46,395 nt of DNA from Armatimonadota bacterium (lineage in GTDB: Bacteria > Armatimonadota > UBA5829 > DTLH01): positions 1 through 46,395 of the forward strand of contig JBBRAE010000023.1 in the NCBI GenBank assembly GCA_038207085.1, given 5' to 3'. How positions within the stretch are numbered: position 1 is the stretch's first letter; every line of letters starts with the position of its first letter. Positions 40,888-46,395 of the stretch are shown here, one piece after another. Under the pieces are notes generated by a model. That model searched no databases and was not told the origin of the DNA. It worked only from the letters and a program-made list of their open reading frames with translations. Position numbers and translations under genes: made by a program.

Positions 40888-42086
40888 TGCCGACTTATAC
40901 CTACAAAGCCAAAGACCAGCTCGGTGGCACGACCACGGGAAGCGTCGAGGCGTCAGACAGCAAGGCCGCCGCCGGTATGGTCCGGGAGATGGGTTACTGG
41001 CCCCTTGAGATCAGGCAGGAGGGGGCCAGGCGCTCGACCAACAAAGTCGACCGCCGTCTGGTCGTCTCCACAAACCCGGTATGGACCGGAGTCTCCACCC
41101 GCACGCTCGCGGTTTTCTTCCGCCAGCTTGCGACGATGCTTCACGCCGGGATGTCACTCGGCGAGTCGCTCGATTCCCTGGGCCGCCAATCTCACCTGAA
41201 AGCACTTGCCGTAATATCCGCGCGCGGGGCCGACCATGTGCGCATGGGCGAGTTCTTCTCAGATGTCATGTCCGCCAACCCCAGGATATTTTCGGAGGCT
41301 CAGATTGGGCTCTTTCGCGCCGGGGAGACCGGCGGAATGCTTGATACGATGGTCGACCGGATCGCGGGCTACCTTGATCGCGAGCTTGAGATCCGCCAGA
41401 AGTTCGCCCGAGCCACGTTTTACCCGAAGCTTTTAATAGGCTTTATCGCGCTTTTTCTTCAGTTCTTCCCGCACCTGCCGGCGATCGTGTCCCGTGGACT
41501 CCCGGTGATCTATCAGGCGCTCACGCACTCTACGCTCCCACTCGTCTTGATGCTTGTCGGAGTCTATGTGGTGGCCAAACTCCTGCTCACACTGAAAAAT
41601 GTGCGGTTTGCCTGGGACGGTTTCAAGCTTGGTTTCCCCGTGCTCGGGGCTGTCACGCGGAAGCTCGCGATGGCGAGGATGGGGACAAGCATGTCGGTGA
41701 TGTTTTCGGCAGGCGTGCCGATCAGTGAGACAATCGAGGTTGCCGCAAACGCCTCGGGTAACGAAGTCATTCGCCGGGCAGTGATGCGCGCTATCCCCCA
41801 GGTCCAAAGAGGTATACCGATCACCCAAGCGTTCAAAGAGGCGGGGCAGATGCCTGAGATGGTGCTCAGCATGCTTTCAACCGGCGAGCGCACCGGTGAC
41901 ATCGGTAGTTCGCTCGACAAGGTTTCGGAATACTATGAGGACGAGGCGGTTACGACCCTTGAGAAGACCGCGCACGTGCTCTTTGCCGTTATGATCCTCG
42001 TGCTCGGCATTTGCGTGGGCAAGATCGTCATCGGGTTTATGAGTGGGTACTACGGTGGAATCCTCTCGGGTGGGGGTGTGCAGTAG
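40887..42086 (+). CDS. Type II secretion system F family (PilC-like) protein
   Basis: YTYKAKD, FFRQLATMLHAG, AGETGG, TGERTG..L.KVSEYYE. Confidence 0.9.
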   Translation: MPTYTYKAKDQLGGTTTGSVEASDSKAAAGMVREMGYWPLEIRQEGARRSTNKVDRRLVVSTNPVWTGVSTRTLAVFFRQLATMLHAGMSLGESLDSLGRQSHLKALAVISARGADHVRMGEFFSDVMSANPRIFSEAQIGLFRAGETGGMLDTMVDRIAGYLDRELEIRQKFARATFYPKLLIGFIALFLQFFPHLPAIVSRGLPVIYQALTHSTLPLVLMLVGVYVVAKLLLTLKNVRFAWDGFKLGFPVLGAVTRKLAMARMGTSMSVMFSAGVPISETIEVAANASGNEVIRRAVMRAIPQVQRGIPITQAFKEAGQMPEMVLSMLSTGERTGDIGSSLDKVSEYYEDEAVTTLEKTAHVLFAVMILVLGICVGKIVIGFMSGYYGGILSGGGVQ

Positions 42087-43217
42087 TTGCCAGTCGACTC
42101 GACCCACTACGAAGTCCTCGGTGTGCCGAGGAACGCCGACGCCCAGGCGATCAAAAAGCGCTACAGGGAGCTTGTCCGCAAGCACCATCCCGACGTTCGC
42201 TCCGACAAGGCTGAGGCTGAAAAGCGTTTCGTAGAGATCATCGAGGCCTACAAGACGCTTGTCGATCCTCTGAAGCGAAGCGCATACGACGCGACTCTTC
42301 CTGAGGTGACGCGCCCCGTTTCGTCCTCAAACGCCCGTCCCGGCTCGGACCGAATCGACCCCGGCCAGCGCACCAGCCAAAGACGCCAGCCCGTCAGCCC
42401 CCGCGTTGCGCTTGCGATCAAAGAGGCCGAGCTTGCCTTTATCCGGCGCAAACTTACTTTGGCCGAGTCGCTCTGCAGGCGTGCGATATCTCTGGACCAA
42501 ACCTGCGCCCGGGCGCACGCGATCTTGGGCGACATCCACCGCGCGCACCGCAAGTACCAGCACGCGATCAACGAGTATACGCTCGCGGTTCAGTTCGACC
42601 CCGCCGACGCGGCAAGCCGGGAAAAGATGGAGAAGCTGATCGAGCGGATAAACCCGGTGCGCTTCTCATTTGAGTCGTCCGACGGCAAAGTCCCACCGCT
42701 GGTCGTCGCCCTGCACCTGATGGGCTGGGCGATGGTCGTATTCATGCTGTTTCTGGTCTACATCTACCCGGGCAAGCCCGTCACGCTCTTTCGTCAGATG
42801 AACGCGCCGTTTGTTTCGAGCTGGAGTTGGAACCTGATTATGCTGCTCCTCGGCGACGGCGCGCTTGCGGGCTTTTTGCTCGGCTCAAGCGGGATCGTGA
42901 ACCACCCCGACGAGGAGTTGATCTTCGAGTCCGGCGCGCACAGCAGGACGTTTCTGCCGACGGGGTTATTGCTCCTTGTCTTCGGCCCGTTCTTCTTTCT
43001 AGGCGTCTCGATACTTTACACGGTGCTCGCGACGCTCCAGGACGCCTTCTCTCGCTCGATCGTGATTGTGATCGCGGTAGTGATGGGAATCGCCTTTTTC
43101 GCAAGCCTGCTATATACCGCGGCGCCGATGTCGGTTATAATACTTGGCGGAAACGTCGTGTGGGTAGGCCTGGTAATCGGCTGGTACCTAGGTGCGATGT
43201 TCCAGCCCGAGAAGTAA
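42087..43217 (+). CDS. J-domain protein with TPR region and multi-TM C-terminus
   Basis: HYEVLGV, HPD motif, TPR-like AHAILGDI..AINEY..AVQFDP, about 5-6 hydrophobic segments. Confidence 0.85.
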   Translation: MPVDSTHYEVLGVPRNADAQAIKKRYRELVRKHHPDVRSDKAEAEKRFVEIIEAYKTLVDPLKRSAYDATLPEVTRPVSSSNARPGSDRIDPGQRTSQRRQPVSPRVALAIKEAELAFIRRKLTLAESLCRRAISLDQTCARAHAILGDIHRAHRKYQHAINEYTLAVQFDPADAASREKMEKLIERINPVRFSFESSDGKVPPLVVALHLMGWAMVVFMLFLVYIYPGKPVTLFRQMNAPFVSSWSWNLIMLLLGDGALAGFLLGSSGIVNHPDEELIFESGAHSRTFLPTGLLLLVFGPFFFLGVSILYTVLATLQDAFSRSIVIVIAVVMGIAFFASLLYTAAPMSVIILGGNVVWVGLVIGWYLGAMFQPEK

Positions 43218-44025
43218 GTGTGATAGTGCGCGATATGTGTGATCGTGCGCGATATTCATCGCGCACGAAACAGAAGAAAGAGGACTTAAGTCCGGTTAAT
43301 CGATTTAAGCCGACTCACCGGGGCATCAAATGGGCCGTTTTAAGATAAGTGAAGACTGTTATCCATACTTTCTCACAAGCACAATCGTCAAATGGCTACC
43401 CGTGTTCGTTTCACCGGCGACGTGCGACATCGTTATCGACAGCTTGCAATACTGCAGAGACAAGAAGGGGCTACGGATACACGCGTACGTTATCATGCCA
43501 ACGCATCTGCATCTAGTGCTGTCGTCTGATTGCGGCTTGACGGACATTATCCGGGATTTCAAGCGACATACGGCGAGTCAGATAGTGAAAGAGTCTGAGC
43601 GGAGGCGTGACCCACCGTTTCAGAACGTTTTCAAGTTCTGTGGCAGGGACAACCGTCCGCCTACCGAGTCCAAAGTATGGCAGAATGGAAACCATCCCGA
43701 GATGATTATCAATGAGGACTTCTTTCGGCAAAAAACGGACTATATTCACAATAACCCGTTTCACAAAGGACTGATAACCGACCCACACTGGTGGACATAT
43801 TCCAGCGTCAGAGACTTCGAGGGCTCTGGAAGTGGGCCGCTCGCGATCGACTTATTGGAGTGGTGAGATTGCTCGCGCCTGCAAAGAAGCCGAGCGATTT
43901 CAATCCCGCAGTTTGGCAGTAGACCTTAGTCCGGCAGTTCAACTGCCTTTGCGTTCTTTTTCGTGCGCGATGAATATCGCGCACGATCGTACCTCGGTGC
44001 GATGTTCCAGCCCGAGAAGTAAGTG
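43184..44025 (+). mobile_element. RAYT element bounded by 30-bp inverted palindromic repeats and a 37-bp direct repeat
   Basis: Direct repeat 43184-43220 / 43989-44025 (1 mismatch); perfect inverted repeat 43241-43270 / 43959-43988. Confidence 0.88.
43330..43866 (+). CDS. REP-associated tyrosine transposase (RAYT / TnpA-REP, HUH Y1)
   Basis: YFLT, AYVIMPTHLHL, RDFKRHT, VWQ, DYIHNNP, WTYSS; appears intact. Confidence 0.92.
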   Translation: MGRFKISEDCYPYFLTSTIVKWLPVFVSPATCDIVIDSLQYCRDKKGLRIHAYVIMPTHLHLVLSSDCGLTDIIRDFKRHTASQIVKESERRRDPPFQNVFKFCGRDNRPPTESKVWQNGNHPEMIINEDFFRQKTDYIHNNPFHKGLITDPHWWTYSSVRDFEGSGSGPLAIDLLEW

Positions 44026-44034
44026 GAGGAAACC

Positions 44035-44820
44035 ATGATTTCAAGAGTAACAGCGCCAAAGCTCAGGGAGATGAAAGCCGCAAAGGAGAAGATCACCGTC
44101 CTGACGGCCTACGACTACCCCACGGGGAGGCTTCTTGACGAGGCGGGGATCGACGTCGCACTCGTCGGCGACTCGCTTGGGATGGTTGTCCTCGGCTACG
44201 AAAACACGCTTTCGGTGACGATGGAAGACATGCTCCACCACGCCTCCGCGGTCGTCCGTGGAGTAAAGCGCGCGCTTGTGGTGGCCGACATGCCGTTTAT
44301 GTCATACCAGGTGACGGTGGAGGACGCTGTCCGAAACGCGGGAAGATTTCTTCAGGAAACAGGAGTCCAGGCTGTGAAGCTTGAGGGCGGCAAGGCGATT
44401 GCCCCGACCGTCGAGCGCATAGTAAACCTCGGCATCCCGGTGATGGGCCACCTCGGCTTTACTCCACAGTCGACGCATCAGCTCGGCGGTGCGCGCGTGC
44501 AGGCCAAAGACGATGCCGCCGCGCTTCGGCTCCAGGAAGACGCCCGAGCGCTCCAGGACGCCGGAGCCTTCGCGGTCGTCCTCGAACTGGTCCCCGCAGA
44601 CCTAGCCGCTCGCGTCACCAAGGATCTCTCGATCCCGACTATCGGCATAGGCGCAGGCCCCGACTGCGACGGCCAGGTCCAAGTCGCCCACGATCTTCTC
44701 GGCCTCTACCCGGACTTTGTGCCAAGACACGCCAAGCAGTATGCGAACGTCTGGGAAAGTGTGATCGACGCCTACCGAGGCTATGTGCGTGAAGTGAAGT
44801 CGGGCGAGTTTCCCAAGTAG
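44035..44820 (+). CDS. panB: 3-methyl-2-oxobutanoate hydroxymethyltransferase
   Basis: LTAYD, LVGDSLG, VKLEGG, GIGAG..CDGQV. Confidence 0.97.
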   Translation: MISRVTAPKLREMKAAKEKITVLTAYDYPTGRLLDEAGIDVALVGDSLGMVVLGYENTLSVTMEDMLHHASAVVRGVKRALVVADMPFMSYQVTVEDAVRNAGRFLQETGVQAVKLEGGKAIAPTVERIVNLGIPVMGHLGFTPQSTHQLGGARVQAKDDAAALRLQEDARALQDAGAFAVVLELVPADLAARVTKDLSIPTIGIGAGPDCDGQVQVAHDLLGLYPDFVPRHAKQYANVWESVIDAYRGYVREVKSGEFPK

Positions 44821-44885
44821 CCGTCCCGCCAAGTTTCGCGGCGAAACGACTGCGGGTAAACAACAAATGAAAGTATTTTGATCTC

Positions 44886-44919
44886 CAAAAGCCGAGCCTA
44901 CTAACGGGCTCGGCTTTTG
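44886..44919. terminator. Bidirectional intrinsic terminator after panB
   Basis: CAAAAGCCGAGCCT-actaac-GGGCTCGGCTTTTG. Confidence 0.75.
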
Positions 44920-44932
44920 TCGTCTAAAATAT

Positions 44933-45730
44933 ATGGTTATACGAAGATTTACATCGGTCGCCGCGCTGCTCCTCCTGGGGCTCGGCGTCACCGCTTTGGC
45001 TGGTAATGGCAGCATATCTATCATCGCGCCGACCGCTGCGCAGCTTCAGGAGGGGCGCAGCTACGATATCACTTGGACGGGTATGCGCGGCGCGTTTGTC
45101 TCGATCTCGGTCGAAGGGACACTTACGTCTATTCCAGGCAGCCCGCGCGGTCAGCTTGAGATCAAGGTCGCCGACTCCATCCCCGCAGGGCTTGGGACGT
45201 ACCGCTGGACGGTTCCGTTTATCGACTCACTCAACTTCAACGTTCGCGTCACAAGCTACGCCGCGGACGGCACACCCACCGCAGAGGACTCGCGGGCCTA
45301 CACGTTCAGGCCTGACTTCCTCGCAAGCCGTAAGCTCGACGGCATCTACGTCGACCTGCGAAACCCCGCGCATCAGCGACTCTACCTGGTCAGGGGGAAC
45401 ATGCCGATCAGGATATATCTGACCTCCGGAGCCCGCACCGGCATCGCGCTCCCGAAAGGCTCGAATAGTGCAAGCCCGCACAACCACTACGGAGTGTTTC
45501 GTGTCACGGACAAGACCCCGATGTACTGGTCGAACGAGTACGATGTCTGGATGACCCATGCCATGCGCTTCTGGAAGGGTCACTTCATCCACGGGACCTA
45601 TCCGAGCGAGTATACCTACTTGGGGACGCCTGCATCGTCGGGGTGCATTCGGCTTGATCGAACAAACGCGATGGATCTCTACAACATGACTCCGGTGGGA
45701 ACTCGGGTGGAGGTATTGACGGGGGGATAA
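44933..45730 (+). CDS. Secreted L,D-transpeptidase (YkuD) family protein
   Basis: Signal peptide; FIHGT ... ASSGCIRL, GTRV. Confidence 0.9.
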   Translation: MVIRRFTSVAALLLLGLGVTALAGNGSISIIAPTAAQLQEGRSYDITWTGMRGAFVSISVEGTLTSIPGSPRGQLEIKVADSIPAGLGTYRWTVPFIDSLNFNVRVTSYAADGTPTAEDSRAYTFRPDFLASRKLDGIYVDLRNPAHQRLYLVRGNMPIRIYLTSGARTGIALPKGSNSASPHNHYGVFRVTDKTPMYWSNEYDVWMTHAMRFWKGHFIHGTYPSEYTYLGTPASSGCIRLDRTNAMDLYNMTPVGTRVEVLTGG

Positions 45731-45926
45731 AATAAGTGAGGCCGCCGGAGCCTCAAAAAGGCGGCGGCGGCCATCGTTTCGAAATTCCTACCCTCACAGG
45801 TAGTTGAAGTGCTCGTGAGGGCTTGTGTTCATGACCCGTAGGTCATGTGACCTGGGCTAAAACCGTCAGCCCCCCAAGCCACCTCGTTGACTATCTATCA
45901 TGTTAGTCACCACCTCCTTGTGTGTC
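45730..45926 (-). ncRNA. 6S-like rod-shaped structured RNA
   Basis: TTGACA-N17-TATATT promoter; closing stem 45906-45919/45758-45772; inner stem 45854-45885/45806-45837; central bubble with a small hairpin; terminator 45737-45755. Confidence 0.6.
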
Positions 45927-45932
45927 ATTAAT

Positions 45933-45961
45933 AATATACCTCGTTTGGAGCATGGTGTCAA
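45933..45961 (-). promoter_or_regulatory. Sigma70 promoter of the structured RNA
   Basis: Minus strand TTGACA (45961-45956), N17, TATATT (45938-45933). Confidence 0.75.
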
Positions 45962-45989
45962 ACTGAAGAATAAAGATTTTTGGGAAAAT

Positions 45990-46208
45990 TTATCCTTCAG
46001 CTTTGACGGGCGTTTTGAGCGCATTTCGCACCTTTTCCCGAGCGCCTTCCGCAGTCTCGATCACTCTCGTTAGCTCGTCTGCTATAGGCTCCAGGAGCCG
46101 TGACGCGTCGATCTCATCCCGAGTCGCCGCCCAGTAAGCCTTAAGCCCAAGCTCCAAATGCGCCACCGCCCGCTTTATCTCGAAAAACTCGTTGTCTATG
46201 TCTACCAA
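45990..46208 (-). CDS. Hypothetical helical protein
   Basis: 72 aa, TTG start after GGAGGTG, amphipathic coiled-coil-like composition. Confidence 0.6.
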   Translation of the reverse strand: MVDIDNEFFEIKRAVAHLELGLKAYWAATRDEIDASRLLEPIADELTRVIETAEGAREKVRNALKTPVKAEG

Positions 46209-46395
46209 AGGGACACCTCCGATCAGGCAATAGGTAACAGTATATACCCCAAATGCAGTGTAAACGGTTGAGGCAAAAGTGTAAAGCGCCTGACAACCTG
46301 AGCCGACGTATCCTAAAGTTCCGTTTGTTCTCGTTTCTGAATATTTTCGTCAGCGTCCGGGGATTGCATGGAGGATAGTCATGCCTGCTGGAGGA

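Noticed and set aside
44821..44932. Riboswitch upstream of the L,D-transpeptidase
   Set aside because: No c-di-GMP or c-di-AMP consensus seen; the hairpin is explained as the panB terminator.
45840..45880. GGGGGCTGA as a tmRNA 5' end
   Set aside because: No following TCGAC motif, no tRNA-like 3' end, and the unit is too short.

Overview
A 46.4-kb chromosomal window from a GC-rich (roughly 55-60% by eye) bacterium. The gene content suggests an anaerobe, possibly Armatimonadota-like, but this is a low-confidence inference. Housekeeping backbone: AEC transporter, GH42 beta-galactosidase, a complete F1Fo ATP synthase operon, a secreted transglutaminase-like protein, nuoA-nuoB-nuoCD, lysA, M50 protease, trpS-scpA-scpB-dac-rluB, a BtuF-like binding protein, rhamnulokinase, a HAD hydrolase, an orphan HydD/HydB-like pair, a CheR + PP2C + STAS/anti-sigma operon, ROK kinase, folK, two PilC paralogs, a J-domain membrane protein, panB and an L,D-transpeptidase. 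The main accessory signal is a series of small co-oriented inserts placed right after stop codons of conserved genes: HEPN/MNT, a four-helix-bundle gene, Xis-HTH/PIN, three HicB(A) loci, a RAYT transposase and REP-like clusters. Several are bounded by direct repeats that duplicate the upstream stop-codon region (37 bp for the RAYT) or by inverted heptamer arrays. Also found: two candidate small RNAs (6S-like; 16S anti-SD mimic), a 10-bp-periodic repeat array, a duplicated pre-SD hairpin in the atp operon and a Rex-like box. All calls come from reading motifs by eye; no database searches were run.
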